Positions 21,715 through 33,647 of a stretch of DNA of 64,000 nucleotides are shown piece by piece. Position numbers and translations under genes: made by a program. Position 1 is the first letter of the stretch; each line of letters starts with the position of its first letter. This DNA comes from Macrostomum hystrix (Eukaryota > Animalia > Platyhelminthes). Location: positions 1,426,001 to 1,490,000 of the forward strand of contig CATNEN010000039.1 in NCBI GenBank assembly GCA_950097015.1, read 5' to 3'. Below the pieces are notes generated by a model. It was not told the DNA's origin and made no database searches. It saw only the letters and a program-made list of their open reading frames with translations.

Positions 21715-24672
21715 ACACCATAGACAAACAGAATTAAAAGCGAACGAATCAATAATCAGTAATGATAAAAATTAAATTGTTTGTTTGCCCGTTTCAAGTT
21801 AGGGATACATTTCATATTCCCCACTCGAGACACCTCGTGCTTTTGCCCGCTAGACAACAAAATAAATGGGGAATATTATACATTTATTTCTTCCGTTGAG
21901 CTTGAGCTTAACTATTTCTTCTATTCATTATGATTCAATACGAAAACATAGGTGGAGAAATATGTGGAATCTCTACGGACGAGTTGGCTTTTGTCACTCG
22001 AGAATCAAGCACTCTAATAGGCTGTAGCTCATTCCTGTTCTCGTCCATGCATTTATTTAGACACCTCTTTTTAGTCTTTAGGCCTTTTATGCTGTCTGAA
22101 AACACGAATCACCAAATTAGGGATAGGAAAAGAAGCACTGCATACTGGCGCGGTAGACCTGATAGTTTTCTACCCGATTAAAAGGCTGAACTGCCTCGGG
22201 CAAGCCCGAAAAGAACTGACTGAATAGCGGAAATTAGTTTTGTGCCTTCAGAATAGAATTAAATTTTTGCTAACAATATCCGTCATTGATTTCACTCGGT
22301 AAACCTGTCGAAATTAAACAACTCTTTGATGGCTGCATGAACTGCTGATGTTTTTTCTGCGTTTAGATTATCTTTTTTGACTTTCAAGTTGACTTGGCTC
22401 AGGGAGCCCCGCAACTAAAGCTGCTGCGGCTTCGCACAGGGGATCCAATGATGCCGGCATCCACGGCGCAGTCCTACTCCCGAGAATCCAGAAGGTGAAG
22501 TGCAAGGATTACTAGAGTAGACTGCTAACTACCAGTGGTCCTTGGTGGAGTGTTGATGATCCGTTGTTCATTAGATATCAAACGACCAGGCAGGTCTAAA
22601 ATTATAGGAGAGGTCCGGGTTCGGGCCGAGGTAAGTGAGCCTGTCCTGAGTAAGGGCGGGACAGTCGCAGATGAAATAATCTGCATTATCTACACCAGAG
22701 AGGCAGAAAGGGAACTTCTGATTGCGGATTCTGCCAATTGTAGGAAGCGATGTCTAGCGAAACAGCCATCGCCAGAGGGCCATGGTGACTGCCCTGATGT
22801 ACCTGCAGTCAAGTCCGTGTATATCTTGAAGAAGGACAGGCGAGAGACAAGGTGCAGCAGCGCAAGTCTCTCACCAAACTGCCACCTCGCAGCTCCTCAG
22901 CCATTCCAGCCCTGTGGTAGTCCAGAAGGGAGGACCACAAGGTGCAATGGCGTTCACAGCCCCGATCCTATGAAACTTCGGAGGCATGAAACTTCTATGA
23001 GACTTCTCACAGCAGGCCTGACCCAGCCTAGAGAATTGGTAATGCAGCTTGTGCTGACGATGTTACCGCCACGGTGGCTGGACCGTCACCGTAATGGCCG
23101 TCCTACTGTAAAGACTCAATTTAGTGCAAACTAACTTAGTCAAGTTAGTCAACGAGTTGAGAGGCCAAAGCTGACGGCAAGTCAAGGGTGCTTTGCCTCT
23201 GTCTTTGGCCACCAGGGCCTGCGTATACGTGCGACCCCGCCCACGCATGATTACTTACTTCATGACGCCATTGCATTCAGTGATGCACCGATGCATCGAT
23301 GCCTTTCCGCGATTCAACAACTGAATTGGCGTCAGCATTGTTATTCTAGATTCAATAGATTTTACTGATTTTCGATTTTTATGCCTTGAAAAATAAATAG
23401 ACACGAGTACAATTATAGAATCTAATCATTTGAATGGATTTCAGTAGCAAGCTCTGTAATCTGCATCACTTCATCCGATGTTTCGACCAGAAATAGTCAG
23501 CGGCTTACAATTTAATCGACAAGCCGGCATGCAGTATGTTGCGTCGATTTTGAATAGCGTTTGAGCGATGAATTTGTCTCTAGGGTATGGAATGAATTGC
23601 AATGTCGTGGCTAAGTTAAAAACACAAATAAATCTCTCTTTTGAAGCCTCATCTTAAGATCTCTCAACGGAAGTCTCATACAGAGATCTCTCGGTGGAAG
23701 TCTCATTCAGAAATATCTAAATGAATGCATCATCAGAGTTGATGTCTTAAACAAAGTCTCATTCAGAAATGTCTCCACGCACTACGGAGTCGCTCGGTTT
23801 CTTCGTTGCGATGGAACTACATGCTAAGAGCAGCTGTAACATTTATGTGAATGTCAAGAACGTATAGAAACATAAAACCGATCAGATATTGTCGCTGAAT
23901 AAAGAGAGTCGAAGAAGCGATGTCAACATAATGAACGCTAGAATCTCAAGGTTCAAGCGAATGTCAGAACGAAAGCAGCTTCGACAACAAAGGCGCCATG
24001 ATTACAGGACGCATCGGAATTGCAGCTACAGAAATGCAGGGAGCTGATTTGAACAAAAGCAATTCTGAGATTAGGGAAGTAGAGGAATAAAAAATTCGAA
24101 ACTAAAGCGGCAGTTACATGTTTGTGATCCCTCGGTGAGCACGTAAATCTAGTAAGTGAAAGCAAGAATACTGAGGCCTGTCGTTTGGCGGACCTGCTAT
24201 TCGCAGTTTTCCTCTAATTATCTCGTCAGCTCAGCCCGCATTCGCAAATTAGCAAATTATCTGGCATCCGCGCGTGCCTGAACGGACCGGATCGCGGCCC
24301 AGTAGGGCTCGGCGAAGGCGAATGGAACGGAACTTGCTGAATAAGGGGCAGCGTGCACCTATGTTTCAATAGGGTTTTGAGGGGCCTTCGCAGGTGAAAA
24401 AGATTAGAGGCCCGAATAGCAGCGGGTTCGACTCATTATTGTGCTAATCCTAAAAGCGCAGGCTCACAGACAAAGGAGAGCTTCGGAATTGTCTAAATTC
24501 AAGTCAGGTTGCACAAAGCAAAAATTGACAATCGCAAAATTATTACGCGCTTTCAAGCGAGTTTCAATACATTTTCGGACTGGCACTTCAATGCAATCTT
24601 CACTTCCTTCCTGTCCTTTGTAGCCAGGAAGTGAGGCTCCAGACTAAGAGTGGCTCCTCGATTCTCGAGTTA

Positions 24673-25981
24673 CGAGGGCTATCCCAAAAATAAGTTTCGC
24701 TGCATTATAAGTTTTCTTAAGTACATTTTTGACAAACGCGGTTAGTCATTCCTGAATCTATATGTCTATGGCAAAAGGCACCAAAAGTTTTAAAGCAAAT
24801 GCAGTCTCACAAGCTGCAGGGCATCAAGTTAAACAGCTTCGTTTGCAAAGATGGCCCCTTCGGCTTCGCTCACACGATACGACGTCAGAAACATCATCAA
24901 GTTTTCAGTTTTGGCTGGCAAATCAACATCAGAGATTCATGAAGAGCTTGGACAAGTTCTGAAAGAAGATGCTCCATCAATTCAAACGGTTCGGAAATGG
25001 GTCCGTGAAGTTCGAGGAGGCAGGCTGTCGATGGAAGACAAAGAGCGGTCTGGAAGGCCAAGAACAGCCACCACTGATGCAAATGCAGAGCATGTCAAAG
25101 CTGCAGTCACTGTTGACAGCAGATTGACTTGCAATGAGATCGAGGACCTCCGGGACATTCCTCACAGCACAATGCATCGCATTCTTACTGAGCAGCTGAA
25201 CATGCAGAAGATCTTCGCAAAGTGGGTGCCTCATCTCCTGACTGAGGACCAAATGAAGGAGAGGGTGACCCTGGCGCAAGAGCACCTTCGACGGTTTAAT
25301 CGAGAGGGAAGCAACTTTATCAGCAGAATTGTGACAGGAGACGAGACATGGGTCTACGAGTGGGATCCTGAGCTCAAGCGCCAGTTAGCACAGTGGCTTC
25401 CAAGGGGATCAGCGAGTCCTGAGAAGGTTCAACAGAAGCAGAGCTCCTTGAAGGTGATGCACATAGTCTTCTTTGACATCCATGGGGCCATTGCCAATCG
25501 GCACCAAGGTGAATGCAGAATATTACCGATGGGTACTGCAAGAAAAATTGAGGCCAGCCATCAGGAAAAAGCGGCCTGGTTTGCTGGAGAGAGGCGTGAT
25601 TTTTCACCACGACAACGCACCTGTGCACCGAGTCAGAAGAGTGGAGGAGCTCCTGGAGTCCTGGAACTGGGAGGTCCTGGCACAGCCATGCTATTCACCT
25701 GATTTGGCTCCAGCGGACTTCTATATATTTCCCAGAATGAAGGAGAGCCTTCGTGGACAACGTTTTGCCTCTGTGGAGCAGATAAACAACAATGCTTCAT
25801 CAGCTTTGCGGCATCTGGCCACCGGCGGCTGCAATGCTGCCTTTCAAGCGTGGGTACGGCGCTGGAAAAAGTGCGTGGACCTTGGCGGCAAATTTGTGGA
25901 GTAACTATGACCTGTTTTGAGTTTCCTTCAAACTGTTCGCTTTTTATTGTTGACTGAAACTTACTTTTGGGATAGCCCTCG
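24673..25981 (+). mobile_element. Mariner (DD34D) with frameshifted transposase (24851-25904)
   Basis: TA TSD and a 26-bp TIR CGAGGGCTATCCCAAAA(A/G)TAAGTTTC. Motifs WVPHLL, TGDETW, HDNAPVH and YSPDLAPADF. Frameshift at ~25490. Confidence 0.93.
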
Positions 25982-27315
25982 TAAATGCAAACTCGCTTGT
26001 AAGCCCGCTAACAAGGGAAAACAGCACAAGCAAAGTAGTTCGCACGGCAAGGTTTAAAACAAATTTGAAACACCTGCCTAACGGAAGGCACACAGGTGTC
26101 AAATTAACCTGAGATATTTAGTTGCCTAGCTGGATAAAAGTGTGATCAAACGCAGGTTTAAATTTAGGCATCACAAAATAGTTTGTAGTGTGGGCGTGGA
26201 CTTCTAGAGCTGCGGCTGGACGAGAGGTGGAGAGGCGAAAAGCTGCCCACTCGGCTTGGCCATGGCAACCAGACAAACTGCGAGTCCAGCGAGAACTGTA
26301 TTTCGTAGGCTTCCCGCTGGCTGACGTCAATGCCCCGAAGGCATGCCACGTGGTGCTGTTCGATTTTTAAGTACAAAAAGCGTGCCATGCACGCGCCATT
26401 CAGACTGAGGCTGAGGTCCAGGCATCGTTGCCTGGTGTGCCTTGCAAGGCTGACAAGTTTACTAACGTCTGCCAGCTGATTCGGCAGAAAAAAAGAAAGC
26501 GTTAAACGGATCACGATCGAAATTAATTTGAATAAAATACTACAAACAATGAAAAGCCTGCCTCTGCATGTCAGTTGAACTCTGATAGATAAAAATTGTA
26601 TTGATCGCTGGCATGTGTGCTTGAGCACACGAAGCAAGGAGCAGAATTTTATACAATAACAGCAACTGGGGATGAATTGCTTAGATAGAACAAGCGGCAC
26701 AGGTCCCAAACAAATGCCAATGTGCATGCTAGCACCCGTTCTGCACCCGATTCCAAACTGACTGGACTCAGATCCGCGCTGCTCGACAAGCGGATTTAGA
26801 AAGGAAAACAGGCGTGCCACCAATGGCAGAAAAAAGCCAACAATGCTTCAGTTAGCGGGTAGATTTGCGTAAGATTTTTTTGAAAAATATTAGTTTTACA
26901 AAATAGAAATATGTGTGCATAACATCACGGAGCTGCGCTGGCGTCCAGAGTCGGCTGGGGGGAATAAGTTAGGCGGACCGGCCTTGCCAGTGGCCACGAA
27001 TCCGAGGCAAAACATTAGTACATGTGTACTTTAGAGTGAAACTGTGCATGCCAGGTACAAATGGCGCAATCGTATCAGCAATTTACTTTAGTAAAGTACA
27101 AAGGCAGTTTAAAATAACTAATGTGCTTACAGCGAAAGGACCAAAACACGAACAGGAGATATGAACATGACGCATTTCAAACTAATCAGGTAAAGCTGAA
27201 AATCAATTAAAAATCTGCGCGAGATTAGGCTGGACATCGACAATAACTGCGGCATCCCGCATGTCATGTGCGGGCTGGCTCAATGCGAGGGTTTCAAGCC
27301 ATCAGGGGCCAGCCA

Positions 27316-29873
27316 TCAGGTTTGGCTTTTCACGTGCTCCACGAATTCGTCAATTAGGGAGGGCCACGCACCTGAAATGAGGGCGTGAGAATCTCACATG
27401 ATAATACCCGAACCTCATGTTGTTCTCACAGGAGAGTACTAAAATCCAAACGGGTTCCAAAAGGAAATACCGGAATCTCTGTTGATTGTTGAGAATCGAT
27501 TCTCTGTGAGAGTATTGACAACCGATTTTATCACAGAGACAAGGCCATTATCTTTCATCATCTTTCAGTGACAACAATGCACAAGTACTGCTTTTCACTT
27601 AGTTATTTACTTATTTTCAGGGGGCCTGGGGCACTCAACGCACTAACACAGGATCGGCATGCCCCCCGGCCGGCGAACTAGGCGGGAGTCGCCCATCGCG
27701 CCATCTGGACCCCTGGACACTATTTTAAGGGGTTAAGCTATTTTTAATTAGCCTTGGTTGCACATAATAAGGTGCATCTCCGCAAGTCACTACTTCGCAA
27801 AACTCCAACTAAGCCTAGAAATAATCGTGACTTGAAGGGAGGAACGACATTAGCCGCTGACCCACTCACCCCCACAAGTACTGCTGGTACCAATCCTAAA
27901 GCGACTCACCGTTGGGATCGTACTCAGCCAGATTGTCCGGGTTGCTAATGAAATCGAAGAACAGATTCCAGGTGTCGCGTGACACTCCACGCACCTTCGT
28001 CTCCTGCAGGAACTGGCACCAGGGCGTCAGCAGCTTGGCGAAGGGGCGGCCCTCCAGTAGCAGCTTCCAGTAAGGGATGGCGGTGTCTATGGCTGGAATG
28101 AGTAGGAGAGCTGGCTTGAGTTGGAACATGCTTAAACAGCGGCAACTCTCCAATCCGCGACGAGGCCCCATTAACCTGGGGCGAAGAGATGAGCGTATCT
28201 AGCGAGTCACGTCCTTGATGGCCGAACCTCAAGGCACAGTGATTGTACACTGCCTGAAGATAAGAAACTCAGGGCAGATGTACCACTCCACCCGTGTGTG
28301 TTTTCCTGCTTTTAATATCTGTGAACGGATGTTACAGCGGAATGAGTAGGTCTCATGGCTGCGGGTGGACTGTCCTCTAAGGATGCATTGTCCATAGCCC
28401 AATGTAAAATTGATATCGTTACTACGGAAAGTGATAAACAGCTTCAAAAGACTTAGCAGAGCCGTCACTTACGTAACACCTTGGCGTCACGCGACTCCCT
28501 GGCGAAGTTGAACGTGAAGGCGTACAAGTCCCGCAGCTGGTCCCGGTTCTGGGCGAGGCTGCGCTCCACCTGGGCCAGGCGGCTTTTCACCTTGTCCAGC
28601 GAGTCCGCGCCCAGTCTGGTGAGGCCGCGGACAAACTCGGATCGGGTGAACTCGCCCTGCACCGCGGCGTCTAACTGCCAGGCCAGGATTAGGGCCGTCA
28701 GCGACACCGGGTCAATGTTTGTGTCCTCCAGCAGCCGGTAGATGCCTCCAGCCGCCATTCTGTCAGGGTCTTCCGAGGACCTGAGCAAGCAGAGCCGGAG
28801 AACAGAAAGAAACTTTGCAGATGCCTCTCTGCACGCAGGAAGATGTTAGTATGAGCTAAGGGACATCCTTGGCGAGGATGCGAGGAAGGTGTGCGCCTTC
28901 CTTCGCAGGGTGGAACGCACAGAACCCATAATTAACACCAGTGGGTGTTCCCCTTCTGAGCGACAGTGGGCCTTTTAATCAGAGGATTTGAACGTCATGT
29001 CTTAGTGCAGCAGCTTCCCAATAAGAATACTGGAGCTTCCAGGAAGCTGGTGTAGGAGTTCCTGATGCCGTCGTTAAGTTTCAAAAGATGTGAACACTGC
29101 TGGACTTAAGGTATGTAGCAGGAACGATCGAAAACGAGCACGTTCTGCAGGTTGAGAAAAAAATCACACATTCCACAAAACTACTTTTAGTAGAGTTTTG
29201 AAAAAGTTTGTTTAGTTTTTTAAACCAATAAATTAACGGACCTGTATGAGTTAAAGAGCGCGGTAATCTTCCTGGTATCGGCATTCGGCCTCTCCTCGTA
29301 CTTGACTGGATTGCTGTAGTAATCATCAACAGCGGCGTCTAGCTTCCATGCATTCTGCGCCAGGCACAACAGGGCCACGGTTTCCGAGGCCTCTGTGCAC
29401 TGGATGAACCGCTGCACGACCTCCCGCTGATCTCTGCGCAGCTGATGCTGAAATCGCGGGTTAGCAAAACTCAATTAAAATTGTTTCGTTTCATTTGCGA
29501 GAATTGTTTCATTGTTTCATTTGCATGAATGCAGGAACGATTTATTTAATATGAATGAATGAAATGACACTTAGGTTAGTTAGGCTACATGCGCAGGCTC
29601 CAGTGGCGCAGCCGCAGCTATTGTGTGGGCCATTAAAGGCAGTGTGCAGCTGTTCAGTTCAGGGACTGAGAAGGCGGCCACACCCAAGCGAATTTCTATT
29701 CCAGCTGATGCTGGTACACATTTTACAGCTTTGAGCTGGAATTAGGTAGCTCTAACCACTGAGCAACAAGCTCATTAGTGCTTTAATGCTAGAAAAATGC
29801 AGCTTATTAGTCCAAGATGGGATACATTGACCAATAGGCCTATGTAATTAGCTAAAAAGGCTGGACTAACCAT
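27316..29873 (-). CDS. DCUN1D1: DCN1-like cullin neddylation E3 (DCUN1D1/2-like); exons 29873-29871, 29447-29242, 28780-28473, 28092-27910, 27371-27316
   Basis: UBA-like N-terminus (CLAQNAWKLDAAVDDYY) and PONY domain (LILAWQLDA..GEFTRSEF, LYAFTFNFA, SRDTWNLF, GAWPSLIDEFVE). Introns are canonical GT-AG with consistent phases. The ATG micro-exon is inferred. Confidence 0.92.
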
Positions 29874-31169
29874 ATTAAAAAAGAAGCTGCATTGTCACAG
29901 TCTAATGCATAATAAGCATTCCACTCTTGCAAAGCATGTGTTTCACATGCTGTTATTTTGGAACTCAAATTGAATTTGTATCAGAATTCTGATTTTATAC
30001 TACACAAGTGTAACTAGGCCTACCATTGGATAGCTTTGGGTGGGTATGTGCTTGTTAGCAGGTGTCTAGGACAAGCAGAGTTTTGAGAGCAGTTAATTAA
30101 TTTCATTTGAAATTTGAATTAAAAACTAAAGTGGTTCTTAAATCCTTACTTTTACATGACATTGACATATATACCTAAAACAATTATATATGAACAAACT
30201 CTGAGTCTGAATTGCCAGAACATATACCCAACTCTTATCATGTTTAATTAGTAAAGGCTAAGTGAATCAAATGAGCAAGTGTCACTGACATTTGATAGCA
30301 TGACAACAATCCACTGTGTGTCTACCTTTAGCCACAATAAAGCTTAGGCTACAATTAAAGTTTTAGGGCTTACAAATGACTCTGAAACTAATAAAAAGCT
30401 CCAGTGTTATAACTTTATCAGCGAGATAATAGATGTATCTAGACTGTTTTGAATAATATCTATGGTGCTGACTGGCAGACTGGGCAGTGTCTTAGTTGCC
30501 TGAATACTGAATTAGGCATGCCTTACCTACCCAACACCTAAACTCATTTTAATGTACCTTACATTACAACTCCTTCAGGCTTGACATCATGACATATGAA
30601 GATATTTAAAAACTATCACATAATATATATTTATTTTTTTACTACAAAAAACTAGGATTATGCCAGTATAGGCCTATACTACACTATAGGCATTTATTAT
30701 GAACTAGGCCTAAGTAAACTTATCCCACCTATATCATTTTTGGCATAGGGGCCTACTTTCCTGCATTGTTTTCCAAATAGGCCTATTCTTAAACACAAGT
30801 TCTACTGCAACAGTTGAAAGTTTTTTTGTCAAAAAGTTACTTAGTTATCTGTCATCCCATGATAGCAAGGCCCTAACAACAAAATTTAGGCCTAGCCACC
30901 TAGCTAAATAAAAACTAAAGGGACCAAAGTTGGCCAACATTGACAGATTGTAAGTATCATTTATCAATTCGATTATCTTTATAGCTAGCTAGTCATTTAA
31001 AGATTGTGTTGTGCTGTTTGCCTTAGATTTAGCTAGATTTTGCCTTAGATGACTTCGACTGTCCTGTGTAGATTTTGCTTGTACTTTTGGGGATAGCAAT
31101 GTTTTATTTCAAGTTTGATTTTCCACATGAAAACTATGCAAAAACAATGCAGGTAAGTAAACCCTTCAT

Positions 31170-31780
31170 GCAGAAATTCGTGCGAGATAAGCTACTTAAA
31201 TAGTTGGCATTGCCATATAGCCATATTAAATTTCGGTGGATAATTCCCTGTGATCTATCGACTTATACAACGTGATGATATCAAAAACTTTTCGCAATGT
31301 ACTTTTAATCTCTAAAAATTAAGTGCTATCTGATATATCCTGCACAACAAAAATTAAAACGCAAGCACAGAAATAATTTTCTACCCACGCATAGGCAATC
31401 TAACTCTGAGCTTAAAAATAGATTAGTTTGAGCGAAATGTTAAATCATGTGTTGAATTCAAAATTAAAGGCATAGGAGGATTCTCCGAGGACTTTGCTTA
31501 CTCGGCAGCCTTTTCTAAGAAAAATAAAGATCAACCCCATTTTTTCTCGGGTAAGGTTTTACTCGAAAAGCTGGGTAAGGTTTTACACTTTACCCCCAGT
31601 GGCGTGGCGTAGGAATTTTCGATAGGGGGGTAAATGAAAAAAAATTTAACGAACAATTAAAAAAATGGAATGTATTTTAATGGTAATACTCCCCTTTCAA
31701 CTCTCCCATAATTTTTCTGCTGCTTGGGGGATATATCCCCGTATCCCCCCTAGCTACGAGCCTACGCCACTGGCCAACCC
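31170..31780. promoter_or_regulatory. Putative bidirectional promoter region between DCN1 and EXT, including a small CAGTGGCGT-TIR MITE (31597-31772)
   Basis: A CpG-retaining patch between two CpG-depleted tracts, located between divergent genes. There are + strand donor-like sites (gtaagg) at ~31551 and ~31575. Confidence 0.35.
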
Positions 31781-32456
31781 AAAATCCTCTAGTAGTAAGG
31801 TAGGCTTGACCTTTTAAGTATTGACTGTCTTGACCTACGTTAGGCTAGGCCCAATGATTGGGCTATGGCAGGTTTCTAACTTTTTGCTTTACAATACACA
31901 TCCTAAAATCATAAAATGTACTCATACCTAACTCACTCAAAGTCCATAACATAGGCCTTAAATTCCTAATCATAAATCATATCATGTTACAGGTGTCAGT
32001 GTCATAACAATACAGTAGGCCTATTATGCTGTTGCTTTATTTTGCAAATTATAGTTTCTTACATAGATAATTGTATGTGTGATTTAGTTATTCCTTTAAA
32101 ATGGCTTATAAGTTAGCTAAAATTATATTTATTTAATCTGTTCACCAATTTAAACTGGCCATGTTGCTAATAGAAAATATTATTAGGACTATTGGAGAGA
32201 TCTTTTGTGCACAGCAGCCATTCACCTACCCACTGTCTTATTTGCATGTCAGTTATACTTTAAACTTGATTGTCTTAATGTCAAAATCAAATTAAAACTT
32301 TATGTCCATTGCACACTTTGTTGCTTTACATTAATCAATAGGCATTGGCTTATTAACTATAATAACAAATTATGAATTGGTTGGACTTGGTTTTAAATAA
32401 GTTAATCCTGACTTAATGAAGTTTAACTTATCTGGGCTGATTTTTACAACAAGTTT

Positions 32457-32531
32457 GCCCTAAAAAGTTGGGCTTGAACCCACAACCCTGGGATTAAAAG
32501 TCCCATGCTCTACTGACTAAGCTAACCAGGC
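32457..32531 (-). pseudogene. tRNA-Lys pseudogene (body resembles Lys-CUU; anticodon now reads TTT)
   Basis: GCCTGGTTAGCTTAGTCAGTAGAGCATGGGACTTTTAATCCCAGGGTTGTGGGTTCAAGCCCAAC aligns to eukaryotic tRNA-Lys. The CpGs are mutated and the acceptor/T stems are degraded. Confidence 0.75.
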
Positions 32532-33647
32532 TTATCAACTAAGGCTTGAAAATGTTGTATATGTTAAAGAAAAAAGTGCAGATGATGAGGCCTACTAAAT
32601 AGCTAGAATCACTGATGATGTAACAATTCACTTAGACAATGGATTGGTCTAGCTATCATAGCAATAGTCTAGCTAGAGTCATAGAGTCAGTGCTAAGTGC
32701 CAACGCTAGATTATAATTATAATTATTTTCTGATAGCTATATTCTTTAGGGTGGCAAATGCAGAAATTACTTGCTTGCTACCTAATTGGCATCTAGGTCT
32801 TGGTATTGCATGCTAACATAATTTTTGCCACCTAACACCTAACACTTAACAGAGCCCCACTCTGGCAATCAGATAAGGCCTTGGACTGTCACTGTAGGAC
32901 CACCCTCACACAGCTAAAGGCTGTCTAGTAGTGACACTAAAGATCTTTGCATATGTTAGGTATCAGGCTACTGGGGTAGCCACAGTTTGATATTGTGCTC
33001 ATCCTTAGTATTGCCTACTAGGTTTGGCTTGGATATGCCACTTTTCCCCATCACTATCACATAATTCATTGCAGACCAAGTCATATTCCCACCAGTCCTA
33101 GCAACTGAGATGGAATGCTAAAATAAATACTGGCAAACACTGTATTTTAATTGCATGCTTTCATTTTTTACCTATTTCTAGGCCATGTAATAGCCGAGAG
33201 CTTTATTCTTGAGTATGGGGTTTAGACAATATATAAAATTGAAAATCAGCAACTCTTTTTCTTGTAGTGCATAATATTATAAATGGTTTTCTGGTTGGTT
33301 CTATGATGCTTTTCATAAACTAGGGTTCTGTACATTTGGTTTGATATAATGGCCCTAAGTCCATGGACTGGACAGCAATGCACATTACCTTTAGAAGTCT
33401 GCTTCTGGCCGGAATTGACTAGGTAGCTATTATTTCTATTTTGTAATTATTTTTTATATCGTAATTACTGTAGTCATAAATTTGTTCGGTTTCCTTCTTT
33501 AGAAAGTAGCATATAGACTTCTTCAATTTTTAGAAAAATTAAATATAGCTTATGTATTCTCTCCATGACAAAAATACAGTTCTGCCATGAATTTTACTTT
33601 TCCAGTCAGTGAAGGACTCGAGAATTGAATCGCTTGCCTTCAAGCCA

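Noticed and set aside
22420-23240. 199-aa + ORF or LINE 3' relic on the minus strand (also ~12800-13140)
   Set aside because: Only faint LINE-like peptides (TKLSLY, CLRSFIG), too degraded to call.
32457-32531. Functional tRNA-Lys
   Set aside because: D, T and acceptor stems are disrupted and the 3' end is replaced by a T-run, so it is called a pseudogene.
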